Under the pieces are notes generated by a model that had not been told where the DNA came from, did not search any database, and saw only the letters and a program-made list of their open reading frames with translations. From assembly GCA_048884785.1 (NCBI GenBank), contig JBHLQM010000031.1, positions 1-36,499 of the forward strand: DNA of 36,499 bases. The letters are read 5' to 3'. This document shows, one piece after another, positions 8,574 to 20,202 of this stretch (positions within the stretch are counted from its first letter, which is position 1; each line of letters opens with the position of its first letter). This stretch comes from Candidatus Thorarchaeota archaeon (lineage in GTDB: Archaea > Asgardarchaeota > Thorarchaeia > Thorarchaeales > Thorarchaeaceae). The position numbers and the translations under genes were made by a program.

Positions 8574-10148
8574 CTAGTACCATTCAATGGTTCCTGGTGG
8601 TTTCGTGGTTAAGTCATATACCACTCTATTAACTCCCTTTACTTCATTGGCAATCCTAGACGCAGCGTTCAATAAGATATCCCATGAAGGTTGTGAAACC
8701 GACGCTGTCATTGCATCCAAACTCTCAACAACTCTAATGACAATCGCTTGGTCATACGTACGCTCATCTCCTGCTACTCCTACTGATTTGACAGGGAGTA
8801 GAACACAGAATGACTGCCAAATGGAGGGATAGATTGGGTCATTGATAAGTTCCTCCTGAAGAATTCGGTCTGCTTGTCTCAATAATTTCAGTTGTTTGGC
8901 ATCAATGACTCCGCCGATGCGAATTGCCAGTGATGGACCTGGAAATGGCTGCCTATGTATCATCTTCTCTGGGATTCCCATTTTTACTCCGACTTGCCTT
9001 ACCTCATCTTTGTATAATTCTGCGAGAGGTTCTACAAGTTTTAGTTTCATCCATTTTGGTAGCCGAACATTATGGTGACTTTTGATCACGGCTGTTGCTT
9101 TTCCAGTTGCTGCTGATTCAACCCTATCAGGATATATTGTGCCCTGCCCCAAAAAATCGAATCCACCATGTTCGGACTCCAGCTCAGTAGCTTTTTGTTC
9201 GAACACTTTGATGAAAGTATTAGCAATGATTTTCCTCTTTTCCTCAGGATCTTCTATCCCAACTAACGCACTGAGAAACATATCTGAAGCATCAACTGTG
9301 GTGAAGTTCTCAAATCCCATCTCAATGAAGGCATCTGCCACTTCTTCTCTCTCGCCTTCACGAAGAAGTCCATTATCCACAAATACGCAGTACAGCCTTT
9401 CGCCAATGGCTCGCCTTATTAGATATGCAGCAACTGTCGAATCCACACCACCACTAGTAGCCATTAGGACTCTGCTTTCGCCAACTCTATCCTTTACATT
9501 GCGAATGATATCATCAATGAGGCTCTCTGGATTCCAATGCTCTCTGAATTCGCATATATCTCTCAAGAATACTCGCAAGACTGTCATGCCATTAGGAGTA
9601 TGATACACCTCGGGGTGAAACTGTACACCGAAGACTGTTTCTTCTGAATTCTGGAATGCAGCAATGTGCCCATCCTTACTGGTTGCTAGAACACTAAACC
9701 CAGATGGGATGCTTACAACCTGATCGCTGTGTGACATCCACACACGCTGCTTTTGCTCAAGATATTTCAGAATGGATTCGGTATCAGCGATGCTGACAAA
9801 TGTGCTCCCATATTCAGGATTTCCCCCGGGTTCTAGCATCCCGCCATAAAAAACAGCAAGTAGTTGATGACCAAAGCAAATCCCTAGAATGGGAATCTTC
9901 CTTTCTTCTAGCAATTTGATATTCTCTTTGAATGGTTTTTCCAGGTCTCTCTGGCTTGCTGTTCTAGGCCCCCCTGAGAGAATCACGCCTTTGATATCTT
10001 CATCTTCGCCTAGGTCTATCTCATGGTCTTGTGGCACTATCTCTGCATATACACCAAGTTCCCTACATCTCCGTGAAATAAGATGTGTATATTGTCCTCC
10101 ATAATCCATAACAAGCACTTTTTCTCTCGCGACCATGCTATCCCACAT
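8574..10148 (-). CDS. guaA: GMP synthase (glutamine-hydrolysing), fused GATase and ATPPase domains
   Basis: DYGGQY, PILGICFGHQL, VQFHPEV, SGGVDS, IKSHHN, PFPGP and KPPGTIEW. Start is ATG 10148 or 10136. Confidence 0.97.
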   Translation of the reverse strand: MWDSMVAREKVLVMDYGGQYTHLISRRCRELGVYAEIVPQDHEIDLGEDEDIKGVILSGGPRTASQRDLEKPFKENIKLLEERKIPILGICFGHQLLAVFYGGMLEPGGNPEYGSTFVSIADTESILKYLEQKQRVWMSHSDQVVSIPSGFSVLATSKDGHIAAFQNSEETVFGVQFHPEVYHTPNGMTVLRVFLRDICEFREHWNPESLIDDIIRNVKDRVGESRVLMATSGGVDSTVAAYLIRRAIGERLYCVFVDNGLLREGEREEVADAFIEMGFENFTTVDASDMFLSALVGIEDPEEKRKIIANTFIKVFEQKATELESEHGGFDFLGQGTIYPDRVESAATGKATAVIKSHHNVRLPKWMKLKLVEPLAELYKDEVRQVGVKMGIPEKMIHRQPFPGPSLAIRIGGVIDAKQLKLLRQADRILQEELINDPIYPSIWQSFCVLLPVKSVGVAGDERTYDQAIVIRVVESLDAMTASVSQPSWDILLNAASRIANEVKGVNRVVYDLTTKPPGTIEWY

Positions 10149-11394
10149 CTGCGGCTATATCCATTCTATAACGAACTCTACCATTTATTTTCAAAACATC
10201 ATCATAGACCATATCTCTCGCTTCCTGCACGCTATCACCTTTTGCAAGAAGCCCAATTGATCTGCTCCCTGTTGTGTACATTACACCATCAGCTTCATAC
10301 ACAGAGGCGTAATATACTTCCGACTGGATTCCTGGCACTAAACTGATTGGCATGTCCCGTGCAACATGAGCACCTGGGTAGCCTTCGGGCACAACATACA
10401 GGCACACCGTTGCTTTATTTTCAAATTCCGCTGTTTTGAGGTTTCCATCTATAATGCTCTGAAACACATCAGTAATTGGTGTCTTAATGATTGAAAGGAC
10501 ATTCATTGCCTCAGGATCACCGAATCGTGCATTGAACTCTATCACTTTTATTCCCTGAGCGGTTTTCATGAACTGCCCGTAGAGAATCCCCCTATAATCC
10601 AACCTAGTTCTCTTCTTGATACCCCAAACTGTCTTTTGCATAATATCAATTGCCCTCTCGAAATCCATCTCGGTCACATAGGCCAGTTTGTGGTCTTCTC
10701 TGGAATAGGAACCCATCGAACCCGTATTTGGTCCTTTATCACCATCGTATGCTCTCTTGTAGTCCCTTACTAATGGCATTGGCTGAATTGAAGTTCCATC
10801 TACAAAAGCCTGTATTGTAAACTCTATTCCTTGAAGCTTTTCTTCCAAGACTACGATTCCATGCTTTGAGAGAAGGTCTATGGCGTACTTCTCCAGCTCC
10901 TCGCGGCTACTAAAATGATCTCCGAATATTTTTACACCTTTTCCTCCGGTAAGACCATCTGGTTTTACTACGACATTTTCAGGACCAATGGAATTCTCGA
11001 ATTTCTTCAGATCATCAACACTCCTGGCTGTTTTGTAGCGCGGGTTTGCATCTTTATCAACCTCATCGAGAATTCTTCTCGCAAACGATTTGCTAGTTTC
11101 AATCCTTGCTGCTTCCTGAAACGGACCGATGCATGGAATACCTTTACCATTGAGATAATCAACCACCCCAACCGACAAGGGGGATTCCGGACCAATTACA
11201 GCAAAATCCAGACCACTAGTATCAGGTAGTTTCCTTGGATCAGTGAGTGTATTAATCTCCACTTCGGAGGCGAGAGAAGCAATTCCAGGATTCTTTTTAT
11301 CCATGTGGGCGATTATCTTGACTCCATCTTTGGAAAGTGCAACGGCAATAGCATGCTCTCTTGCACCATTTCCAATAAGCAAGACCTTTGTCAA
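10138..11394 (-). CDS. purD: Phosphoribosylamine-glycine ligase
   Basis: [36 protein letters not shown] and [10 protein letters not shown]. Confidence 0.97.
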   Translation of the reverse strand: MTKVLLIGNGAREHAIAVALSKDGVKIIAHMDKKNPGIASLASEVEINTLTDPRKLPDTSGLDFAVIGPESPLSVGVVDYLNGKGIPCIGPFQEAARIETSKSFARRILDEVDKDANPRYKTARSVDDLKKFENSIGPENVVVKPDGLTGGKGVKIFGDHFSSREELEKYAIDLLSKHGIVVLEEKLQGIEFTIQAFVDGTSIQPMPLVRDYKRAYDGDKGPNTGSMGSYSREDHKLAYVTEMDFERAIDIMQKTVWGIKKRTRLDYRGILYGQFMKTAQGIKVIEFNARFGDPEAMNVLSIIKTPITDVFQSIIDGNLKTAEFENKATVCLYVVPEGYPGAHVARDMPISLVPGIQSEVYYASVYEADGVMYTTGSRSIGLLAKGDSVQEARDMVYDDVLKINGRVRYRMDIAADVG

Positions 11395-12836
11395 GTAAGC
11401 ACCACCTCATAGGGTACAATCTCAACCATCGGGCTGTCAGTAGATTCGACATGTCCCAACTCAAATGCATCTAAGTGCTTTGATAGAGCCTCGATTGCCT
11501 TTTCTTTCTCAGATTGTGAAACGACGATAACCAAGCCTACACCATTGTTGAACGTTGAAAACATCTCGTTCCATTCTATATTTCCTAGTTCTTGAATCAA
11601 GGTGAATATTTCTTTGACCACTGGAAACTTGTCGATGTAATATTTGAATGGGCCCAGTCGCAGCACCTTTCTGAATCCTGTTCCTGTTATGTGGGCGATT
11701 CCTCTAATGTCAATTCCGGCGTGCATTAAATCCTTGAATTGCCTAACATATATTGCTGTAGGCCGCAGGAGTTCTTCAGCTACTGTCCTTCCCCAAGGCA
11801 ATCTATCATGGACTTTATACCTAGAGAGAACGACTTTCCGAGCCAGAGAGAATCCGTTTGAGTGAAGTCCGTTTGATGCTAGGCCAATTATTGCATCTCC
11901 TGCTTGGATTCTTGAACCATCTATTAGTTCATCTGGTTTGGCAATCCCAACTGCTGTTCCAGCTAGATCCAAACCTCTATCATGTATTCCTTTTATCATG
12001 TCTGGAAGTATAGCAGTTTCACCGCCAAGAATAGGAATCTCAGCGGCCTTGCACCCTTCCAATAATCCCTTTCCTATTTGATCAAGAACATCTTTTGATA
12101 GCGGCTTTTCAGAGGCTAGATAATCGACAAAACCGACTGGTGATAGACCAAGACATATCAGGTCATTTACATTCATGGCTACACAATCAATTCCAATAGT
12201 ATCATATCTATTCGACATCTCGGCAATGAGGATTTTGCTGCCGACTCCATCCGTTGAGAGACCAATACAAAGTTCATCATGAACCTTCACAGTATTTGCG
12301 TAATGCCCATAATCTTGAGTTACCTTGCCATATCTGAATGATTCCTTCACATATTTACCAAGAACCTTTAGCCCCTCGGAAACAAGTGCCTCGTCTACTC
12401 CTGATTCAGCATATGTTCTTGGAGCCGTATTTTCAATCTGTGTTTCTACATTTAGAATTCTAGCAGCCAAATATGCAGCATTCTGTCCATTGTCAATTCC
12501 CACGGTGGCAACAGGTACACCCTTTGGCATTTGGACTATTGAGAGAAGTGCATCAAGTCCTCCAAGAGCAGATGAAACTGGAACTCCAATAACTGGTTTT
12601 TTGGTTTGTGAGGCAATCACACCTGGAAGCGCGGCAGCTAGTCCGGCAACAGCAATTATGACTTTTGCATCGGTTGACTCCACTATCCCCTTTACTTTTG
12701 ACGGTTCCCGATGAGCTGACGCCACTTCGACAGTGTGGCTTATCCCCAACGACACAAGCGTATCTGTTACCTTCTTGATCACCAACTCATCACTTGGGCT
12801 TCCAGCTATTACCAAGACTTCTACCATCTCAATCAA
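11391..12836 (-). CDS. purE-purM: Fused PurE (AIR carboxylase/N5-CAIR mutase) and PurM (AIR synthetase)
   Basis: N-terminal ~130 aa: [36 protein letters not shown]. The remainder: [39 protein letters not shown]. Confidence 0.95.
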   Translation of the reverse strand: MIEMVEVLVIAGSPSDELVIKKVTDTLVSLGISHTVEVASAHREPSKVKGIVESTDAKVIIAVAGLAAALPGVIASQTKKPVIGVPVSSALGGLDALLSIVQMPKGVPVATVGIDNGQNAAYLAARILNVETQIENTAPRTYAESGVDEALVSEGLKVLGKYVKESFRYGKVTQDYGHYANTVKVHDELCIGLSTDGVGSKILIAEMSNRYDTIGIDCVAMNVNDLICLGLSPVGFVDYLASEKPLSKDVLDQIGKGLLEGCKAAEIPILGGETAILPDMIKGIHDRGLDLAGTAVGIAKPDELIDGSRIQAGDAIIGLASNGLHSNGFSLARKVVLSRYKVHDRLPWGRTVAEELLRPTAIYVRQFKDLMHAGIDIRGIAHITGTGFRKVLRLGPFKYYIDKFPVVKEIFTLIQELGNIEWNEMFSTFNNGVGLVIVVSQSEKEKAIEALSKHLDAFELGHVESTDSPMVEIVPYEVVLT

Positions 12837-15004
12837 TTCTCCATATATTTCGGAATCCCATTTCGAAATGCATCTCTTGCATCACTCAATGAGATGGCAA
12901 ATTTACCAAAATTCGCCAAGTTATCTGTGATAGTTAGTCCTATCTCACAAATCTGAACGCCATGCTTCTCCATGATCGATTGGAATTCAACTTGATTGCT
13001 TTCAGGGACTTCTGCAACATATCTGGCTGAGGACTCTGAGAATAGCTGCTCTGCTAATCCTCTTGCACTTCCTGGCGTGCCCTCAAGGTCCAGTTTGAAC
13101 CCATAGGGACTATTCAGAGTCATCTTCATGAGAGAAATAGCTACTCCTCCTCTTCCAATATTATTGCAGGATCGAATAAGATTCCTGGAGTGGGCCTCCA
13201 ATATTGCGTCCATCGACCTCTTTTCTTCTATAGGACGATATCTTGGAGGTAGACCCTTAACACTCCCCAACATCACTCGTTGAAGTTCAGTTCCATTTAA
13301 CTCAGAATGAGTTTCTCCAACGAGGAAGATGTTACTCCATGGTGTGATAAGATTCCGCCTGACAGGCATAAACCCATCTCTAAAAAGACCAGCCATCATG
13401 ATCTGTGGGGTAGGATTTACTCTATGAACAGACCCATCGATTTCTGACTCATTATATAATGATACATTTCCACCAACAATAGGAATGTCAAAATCATGAG
13501 AGAATTGTCCAAGACCTTTCACGGATTCGACAAATTGAGCATATGAGTCTGGCCGCTCAGGATTCCCGAAGTTCAAGCAGTCGGCAATAAAGATTGGCCG
13601 TGCACCCATGGATACAATATTCCGAAGCGATTCTGCAGCTGAATTTGCCGTACCATGAAATGGATCGAGATTACACCAGCCAGAGTTGCAGTCGCTTGTA
13701 AATGCCAGCTTTTTGCCTAACGGAAATTCTAGTACACCTGCGTTTTCGCCAATATCAACAACCGTGTTTGATTGGACATGTTGATCGTATTGCTGAAACA
13801 CCCATGACCTATCACAGACATTCAGAGATTCCAGTATCCTTAGGATTGTTCCTGGGTAGTCAGTAGGGTCAGTAAACCAACCAACTCCTGGACTTCTTGT
13901 TGGTAGTAAACCAATTGGCCTCTCAGGTTCGGGAAAGCCATCTACCAATAGGTCGATAGGAAGACTCGCCTTGACTTCTCCACGCTCGAGAACTGTATAC
14001 ATCTTGTCATCTGTAACTTTGCCAAAAACAGCATAGGGTGTGTCGTTTTCCTCCAATATTTCTACTACGCGGTCGAGTTTTTCTGGACTAACAATCGCGA
14101 GCATTCGCTCCTGAGATTCTGAAACAACAATCTCATGTGCCTTCATATCTGGTTCTCTGAGTGGCACCTTATCTACTTCAACAACGACTCCCGTTCCTCC
14201 CTTGAAAGCAAGTTCTCCTGCGGCTGAGGTCATTCCTCCGCCACCAAAATCCTGCAGTCCGTCGAGCAGTTTCTCCTTGACGAGTTCGGTAAGGGTGTCA
14301 ATTAGCACCTTTTTTGAAAGCGGGTCTCCAATCTGAACAGCCGCGCGATTTTCCTCCTCTTCATCTGAGAATGTTTCAGATGCAAAACTAACACCTGCTA
14401 TCCCATCTCGTCCAGTGGTTGAGCCGAACATGACAAGGTGATGGCCTGGTGTTCTTGCACTACTCCTTACTACAAACTCAGGCTTGATCACTCCTACGCA
14501 TACTACGTTTACGAGACAATTCTCATTGTAGGATTCATCGAATTCTAGATCCCCTCCCAGCATTGGTATTCCAACGCTGTTTCCATATTCGCTAATTCCT
14601 CTAACAACATGTTCTAGGAGATATGCATTTCTTGGATTTTCAGGGGATCCAAATCGCAGGCAATTCATTAGGCCAACTGCTTTGCAGCCCTGTGATATCA
14701 CATCACGAATGATTCCTCCAACTCCGGTAGCCGCACCATTGTATGGATCTATCTGACTTGGATGATTGTGAGATTCCATTGCAACACCTACAAGGTATCC
14801 ATCGCCAATATCCACTAGTCCTGCTCCCTCTCCAATTCCCAGAAATACTTGATTTCCAGTTGTCTTGAAAAGGTTGAACCATCTCTTACTACTCTTGTAG
14901 CTGCAGTGTTCCGACCAGAGAACATCTAACATGGCAAGCTCTGTTTCGGTAGGCACCCTCCCAAGGACTGATGCAGCATAATCCATTTCTTCTCTTGTGA
15001 GCAT
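12833..15004 (-). CDS. purL: FGAM synthase synthetase subunit (small-type PurL)
   Basis: [36 protein letters not shown] and GGNVSLYNE. Confidence 0.97.
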   Translation of the reverse strand: MLTREEMDYAASVLGRVPTETELAMLDVLWSEHCSYKSSKRWFNLFKTTGNQVFLGIGEGAGLVDIGDGYLVGVAMESHNHPSQIDPYNGAATGVGGIIRDVISQGCKAVGLMNCLRFGSPENPRNAYLLEHVVRGISEYGNSVGIPMLGGDLEFDESYNENCLVNVVCVGVIKPEFVVRSSARTPGHHLVMFGSTTGRDGIAGVSFASETFSDEEEENRAAVQIGDPLSKKVLIDTLTELVKEKLLDGLQDFGGGGMTSAAGELAFKGGTGVVVEVDKVPLREPDMKAHEIVVSESQERMLAIVSPEKLDRVVEILEENDTPYAVFGKVTDDKMYTVLERGEVKASLPIDLLVDGFPEPERPIGLLPTRSPGVGWFTDPTDYPGTILRILESLNVCDRSWVFQQYDQHVQSNTVVDIGENAGVLEFPLGKKLAFTSDCNSGWCNLDPFHGTANSAAESLRNIVSMGARPIFIADCLNFGNPERPDSYAQFVESVKGLGQFSHDFDIPIVGGNVSLYNESEIDGSVHRVNPTPQIMMAGLFRDGFMPVRRNLITPWSNIFLVGETHSELNGTELQRVMLGSVKGLPPRYRPIEEKRSMDAILEAHSRNLIRSCNNIGRGGVAISLMKMTLNSPYGFKLDLEGTPGSARGLAEQLFSESSARYVAEVPESNQVEFQSIMEKHGVQICEIGLTITDNLANFGKFAISLSDARDAFRNGIPKYMEN

Positions 15005-15009
15005 AGCCT

Positions 15010-15708
15010 CTATGCCTCCCTCATGGCCTGTACAAAATTCTCAAGGATTCCTAAACCGTCAACCGATCCGAGTACCAACCTGGACGCCCGTTCGGGATGG
15101 GGCATCATCCCGAGGATATTCCCTTTCTCATTTGTAATTCCAGCTATACTGTAAATAGCCCCGTTTGGATTGGCTGCCTCAATGGCTTCTCCTTCCTGAT
15201 TACAGTACCTGAAGGGTATTCTATGACCATGCTTGAGTCGTTCAAGATCTTCTTCTGTGCAGTAGTAATTCCCCTCCGCATGAGCGATTGGGAGTCGAAT
15301 CACTGCGCCTTCCATTCCATGAGTGAAAGCTGTATGGTGACCAGAAACTTTGACATAAACCCACTTGCATATGAAGTGAGCAGAAGCGTTCGGCAACAAA
15401 GCACCAGGTAGAAGACCTGATTCAGCAAGAATCTGAAATCCATTGCAAATGCCAAGGATTGGCTTTCCAGAGTCTGCCATTGCTCTGACACCATCAAGGA
15501 TGGATCCCACTGATGCAACAGCGCCAGCCCGAAGGTAGTCCCCATATGAAAAGCCACCGGGAATGACTACTCCTTTTGCGTTCTTCAATGCATCTGAACC
15601 TTTGCTACTTGGTACTAAGTATGGCTCTGCTCCTGGAATCAACTTAAGTGCCCTCACTACATCATTTTCATTATTTGTTCCAGGAAATCTGATTACCGCG
15701 ATTGTCAC
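15010..15708 (-). CDS. purQ: FGAM synthase glutaminase subunit
   Basis: FPGTN, PGGFSYGDYLRAGA, LGICNGFQIL, NPNG and GMMPHPER. Confidence 0.97.
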   Translation of the reverse strand: MTIAVIRFPGTNNENDVVRALKLIPGAEPYLVPSSKGSDALKNAKGVVIPGGFSYGDYLRAGAVASVGSILDGVRAMADSGKPILGICNGFQILAESGLLPGALLPNASAHFICKWVYVKVSGHHTAFTHGMEGAVIRLPIAHAEGNYYCTEEDLERLKHGHRIPFRYCNQEGEAIEAANPNGAIYSIAGITNEKGNILGMMPHPERASRLVLGSVDGLGILENFVQAMREA

Positions 15709-16682
15709 ATCTGCATCCTCATATGATGTTTCTCAGCAATTGGATTTGATAGAAGCTTGAGATTCATCAAGATTAACTGCTCCAAAATGCTGGATGTAAT
15801 TGGGGTGGAGATGCCAATTTGGAATACTTTGCCCATACGCACCTCGGCTACATCTTTGAATCCGAGTCGCAGCAAAGCCTTCTTGGTAACTTCCCCGGGA
15901 GGGTTCTTAATTCCATCCTTTGGCATTACAGCTACATAGACTATTTCCATCCTTTTTGCGACTTTATCTTGATCGACTTTATTGAGGGTTTTTAGAAGAA
16001 ATGCATATGCTTTGGCGATATCCCCCTCTCCTTCTCGAAATAGATCCTTATCGTATGACTGCTTTCTAGCATTCCATACTCTAATGGTGTCACCGGAGAT
16101 TTCGTCCGCAAGAAGAATGGATCCATCTGGAGTTTTTCCGAACTCTAGTTTGAAATCCACAAGGTTCAGTTTTGTCTGCATGAACAATTCTGAAAGATAA
16201 TAATTCACAGACAACGTGATTGATTTCAGGAAGGCAATGTCATCTTCTGATACAAGTCCTAATCCTATTGCAGCTCCTTCGCTTATTAGCGGATCATGCA
16301 ATATATCATCTTTGAGAAAGAATTCGACGAGAGGCGGTTGGATTTCCTCTCCCTTTTTCACGCCATATCTTCTGCAGAATGACCCTGCAGCTAGATTTCT
16401 GCAGACAACTTCTAAGGGAAGTATCTCAACTTTTCTGCATCGAATCTGAGGTCCTTCCAGTCGCTTGACAAAGTGTGTTTCTATTCCCTTTGAAGATAGG
16501 TATTTCATGAAATACTCTGTCAGATCGCATGTCAGGGCACCTTTTCCTGCAATCACCTTCTTCTTTCTACCATCACCAGCTGTAACTCGATCAGTGAACT
16601 CGATGATTATATTCTCTTCTGAGGTTTCATCGCTGAAGATTTTTTTCGCCTTTCCCTCATGTATCAATTCCATTTTTGACAC
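15705..16682 (-). CDS. purC-purS: Fused PurC (SAICAR synthetase) and C-terminal PurS
   Basis: HEGKAKK, PLEVVCRN.AAGS, LVDFKLEFG and ADEISGD. The last ~80 aa (VMPKDGIKNPPGE...LGF..V.EVRMGK.F...LLSNPIAE) match PurS. Confidence 0.93.
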   Translation of the reverse strand: MSKMELIHEGKAKKIFSDETSEENIIIEFTDRVTAGDGRKKKVIAGKGALTCDLTEYFMKYLSSKGIETHFVKRLEGPQIRCRKVEILPLEVVCRNLAAGSFCRRYGVKKGEEIQPPLVEFFLKDDILHDPLISEGAAIGLGLVSEDDIAFLKSITLSVNYYLSELFMQTKLNLVDFKLEFGKTPDGSILLADEISGDTIRVWNARKQSYDKDLFREGEGDIAKAYAFLLKTLNKVDQDKVAKRMEIVYVAVMPKDGIKNPPGEVTKKALLRLGFKDVAEVRMGKVFQIGISTPITSSILEQLILMNLKLLSNPIAEKHHMRMQM

Positions 16683-16695
16683 CTCTGGTTATTAG

Positions 16696-17769
16696 TTAGG
16701 TTGTTATCTCTCCTAGCATGCCTTCTTCTATTGCGTTACCAATATCAATCATACACAGGTCTAGGGGAGATTGAATGAGTTGTTTCATCTTAAGCGTAAG
16801 CCTTCGCATTTCCGGGCTTGTTGGCCCAACACAGGGAGCTCCTGGTACTCTCGGACTAAGGTCAAAAACAACAAATTCAGAATCCTCGGTCATTGCACCC
16901 TGCAATGAGAATAGCCCAATCATCTTCGGTGGAAAGTGTTCTTTTATGCCATTCAAAAGACGTTCAGCAGCATCATACACAAGCGGCTTTTTGCTCTCTC
17001 GCATTGTTATTCCAAAATGACCAATTTCCTCATTCATTGGAATCAGGTTCAATTTCAGCTGGTCTTGAGCTGGAAGATTCAGGAGACCCGTCAAGTTCGT
17101 TTGAATTCTATCATCAAATCCAACGAAATCCAGCTCACCATATGTATCAGACATTCCATATGCCTGAAAATTGGAATTGAATCTTGGAGCCACAATGAAC
17201 TCCTCAATTGTGGCAGTCTTTAGATCATCTCGACCAATTGCTCCTTTTTCAATCAACGATTCTGCGATGTTGTGGAAGTCTTCAGGAGTATTTGCATAGA
17301 AAAATGCCCTTTCAAGAGGATTATCCTTTTGCTGGACTTTTACGATTGCCAGTCTATCGATATTATTTGGCGTGAAAGCTTCAGGGATTCTGATGCCTGA
17401 TTCCTTCAGTAGCCAATACTGGTCTCTCGGAACGCCTCTCTCTTCGACTCTTAGGATGTTTCTGTTTCCATAGATTGGTATTCTGAAGTGCTTCTCAATA
17501 TTCTCGTAGCCAACATAAACACTGAAAGATCTGTTAGGAATCCAAATAGCTCCGAGTTCGGCAAGCTTCTCTTGAATTTCGTCCGAGATTATCTGTTTAA
17601 AATCATCCAGCACAATAATCTCATCATACAGATGCTTGTTGTAGTGAGTATATAGCTTCTCTCTCCCTTTCTGGCATACTACAACTGTAGGAAACCCAAA
17701 TGACCTGGCAGACATGCCAATCTCTTCTGCACTATGAGATCCAATGGTTCCAATCGTTGGTTTTCTCAT
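16696..17769 (-). CDS. purP: PurP-family ATP-grasp (formate-dependent FAICAR synthetase-like), paralog 2
   Basis: IGTIGSHSA, IPNRSFSVYVG, IYGNR, LERAFF and EIGH....RES. Confidence 0.88.
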   Translation of the reverse strand: MRKPTIGTIGSHSAEEIGMSARSFGFPTVVVCQKGREKLYTHYNKHLYDEIIVLDDFKQIISDEIQEKLAELGAIWIPNRSFSVYVGYENIEKHFRIPIYGNRNILRVEERGVPRDQYWLLKESGIRIPEAFTPNNIDRLAIVKVQQKDNPLERAFFYANTPEDFHNIAESLIEKGAIGRDDLKTATIEEFIVAPRFNSNFQAYGMSDTYGELDFVGFDDRIQTNLTGLLNLPAQDQLKLNLIPMNEEIGHFGITMRESKKPLVYDAAERLLNGIKEHFPPKMIGLFSLQGAMTEDSEFVVFDLSPRVPGAPCVGPTSPEMRRLTLKMKQLIQSPLDLCMIDIGNAIEEGMLGEITT

Positions 17770-17853
17770 AGAATCTCCTCGCAGTAATGCACCTCTCTTC
17801 CATCAATACTTGTGAGGTCGTGAAACAGTTTGTAAGTCTTGTTATTCGCGGTT

Positions 17854-18807
17854 CTATTGCAATGCCTCACTCAACCTATCCTCCTCAAGCAGTTCTCTTA
17901 TTTCAAGCGCAACTCGTCTCCCCATCCACATTGGTTCATTGAATTGAAGATAGGAGTATGGGGAAGAGGGGATCCATACATTTGTTCCAGCGACAATTCT
18001 ACCGCTAAACTCGAACACATGTATATTCTGATGCCTATCGATTATTGTTTCAATGCAAAAGGGTCCAGGGATAATCCTGCCTGTTGACTTTCGAAAGCTT
18101 TCTATAAAATCATGACCCATTTTGTGATACTTCAGCAAAAGTGATTCGCGGAGCACCAAGGGAAGATTACCTACAACGACAAAAGATGGCCGATCATCGA
18201 ATCGAAGGTTTGCATCTGCATCAGTTTCGTACCTGATATCAGCTCCGAATATCTCAAGACGGTTGCGGGCTATGGAATTGAAATAGGTAACAAATACCTT
18301 TGTCCCAACAATAAACTCCTGAATCGAGTACTGCTTATCTCTTGGAACCTTATCGTTGAATTCTGCCATATTAGCGGCTATGAAGTAGCCTTCCCCACCA
18401 GCTGCACCATAGGTCTTTACAATGACCGGTCTATCAATCTCTTCTGCTGATGAGAATTCATGAGGAACCCTCAGTCCAGCATCAGTGATTAGTTTTGTTT
18501 TGAGCTCTCTATCTTCTTCCCATTTCAATAGCTCAATGCTCCCAAACATTGGAATTCTGGATTCAATCAGTTTTTTTGCACCAATATATGCAACGAATGA
18601 GCCATGGGGAATCCATACAATGTCATCCAGCTGCAGATTTAGTATATCCGAAAAGGAATCAACTTCTATTATTGAAGATTCCAGCCCATAGCTTCTATAG
18701 AAATCAGTTCTGTCTGGAGTTGAAACAAGAATGGTTTCGAATCCTTCTTTCTTTGCCCCTGATAGAATGTTCAGAGCACTATGGCTTGCAATGGTTCCAA
18801 TCTTCAT
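17854..18807 (-). CDS. purP: PurP-family formate-phosphoribosylaminoimidazolecarboxamide ligase, paralog 1
   Basis: IASHSALNIL.GAKKEGF.T, IPHGSFVAY, GAAGGEGYF, GNLPLVLRESLL, GPFCIE and FEFSGRIVAGTN. Confidence 0.92.
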   Translation of the reverse strand: MKIGTIASHSALNILSGAKKEGFETILVSTPDRTDFYRSYGLESSIIEVDSFSDILNLQLDDIVWIPHGSFVAYIGAKKLIESRIPMFGSIELLKWEEDRELKTKLITDAGLRVPHEFSSAEEIDRPVIVKTYGAAGGEGYFIAANMAEFNDKVPRDKQYSIQEFIVGTKVFVTYFNSIARNRLEIFGADIRYETDADANLRFDDRPSFVVVGNLPLVLRESLLLKYHKMGHDFIESFRKSTGRIIPGPFCIETIIDRHQNIHVFEFSGRIVAGTNVWIPSSPYSYLQFNEPMWMGRRVALEIRELLEEDRLSEALQ

Positions 18808-20201
18808 CTGATTGACCTCTCATAATCCCGGCAATTCTCTGAATCCCCATTTTCCTCGATAGATTGCCTGATTCTTCTCGCAAATTCTGTCGGGTATTCG
18901 CCATCAAGGCAGGCGAAACAGAGATCCTTGAGGCCAATGGCATTTTCAAGCCCATTTTTGTCTTGGTAGATGAGTGCATCTGCTTGAATGTATTCCGCAA
19001 TTCCGTCAACTGATGTGTCTGAAGCAATCAATTCCTTATCAGTCGCGATGTCAATTCCGTAGTAGCATGCATGAATCTGAGGGGGGCAAGTCACTGCAAA
19101 GAAAACCTTGTTTGCACCATTTTTCTTGAGGTAGGCCACAATCATCTTTCCCGTTGTGCCTCTCACTATTGAGTCATCCACAACCAGAATATTCTTTCCT
19201 CTTATCTTGCCTTGAAGATAGATGTATTTGTTCTTCGCCATTAAGTCACGGTCTTTCTGAGTGTTCGCAATGAAGGTCCGACCAAGATACCGATTCTTCA
19301 AAATGATTTCACGCATTGGCACATCTAGGTCTTCTGCCAATGCCTGAGCAGCAGGGCGACTGGTGTCAGGAACTGGAACCACATAGTCTGGTGTTTCTAG
19401 ATTCATCTTCTTGAAGATTCGAGCAAGGGCTCTTCCCAGTCTGAATCGAGTGTCATAAACCAGCTGATTCTCAATAGTCGCTGCAGGGTGTGCAAAATAT
19501 ACGTATTCGAAAAAGCAGTGATTGTGTGTTTCATTCTGAGATATTGAATGAGATTCCATACTGAGTCCGGGGCCAAATATCACTAGCTCGCCAGGATAGA
19601 CATCTCTTTCAAGATTTAAACCCGCCATTTCAACAACTGTACTCTCAGATGCGACAACTGTAAGGTTCTCAGATCGGCCGAATACAAGAGGTTTGAATCC
19701 TCGAGGATCCCGATATGCAAACATTCTGCCTTCATGTAAACCAACCAAACTGTATGCGCCATCCACCTCTCTATCCAAAGCCTTGAATGCCTCAATCAAG
19801 TCCTGATTGCTTTTTGAGAGATGATGAGCAAGCCTATCAGCTATGAATTCCGAATCACATTCATAGCCTTCAGAAGTGAATTTGGTCATGTTTGTGATAT
19901 TTCCGTTATGAGTCAGTGCAACCTCATCCACGTTAAATGGGCCCACAAATTTCTCCAAATCAGCTTCTGATCCAACTCTTCTTCCGGATGTCGGATACCG
20001 AGTGCTTCCAATAATCAGACAACTTCTTTCGTCTGGTATATCCAGCAAGGAAGGATTTCCAATTACCTTTCTTGCCAAATAACCTTCGTCTGTTGACCAG
20101 AGGATTCCTGAAGCATCTTGTCCTCTATGAGTTAGCAAAAGCAATAGATCTCTAGAGGCTGGGAGGGAAAAGCTCCCCAGAATTCCGATAACCCCACACA
20201 T
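18804..20201 (-). CDS. purF: Amidophosphoribosyltransferase
   Basis: N-terminal MCGVIG nucleophile, HRGQD, HNGNI, CFFEYVYFA, VDDSIVRGTT, YYGID and CFAC Fe-S ligands. Confidence 0.97.
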   Translation of the reverse strand: MCGVIGILGSFSLPASRDLLLLLTHRGQDASGILWSTDEGYLARKVIGNPSLLDIPDERSCLIIGSTRYPTSGRRVGSEADLEKFVGPFNVDEVALTHNGNITNMTKFTSEGYECDSEFIADRLAHHLSKSNQDLIEAFKALDREVDGAYSLVGLHEGRMFAYRDPRGFKPLVFGRSENLTVVASESTVVEMAGLNLERDVYPGELVIFGPGLSMESHSISQNETHNHCFFEYVYFAHPAATIENQLVYDTRFRLGRALARIFKKMNLETPDYVVPVPDTSRPAAQALAEDLDVPMREIILKNRYLGRTFIANTQKDRDLMAKNKYIYLQGKIRGKNILVVDDSIVRGTTGKMIVAYLKKNGANKVFFAVTCPPQIHACYYGIDIATDKELIASDTSVDGIAEYIQADALIYQDKNGLENAIGLKDLCFACLDGEYPTEFARRIRQSIEENGDSENCRDYERSIR

Positions 20202-20202
20202 C

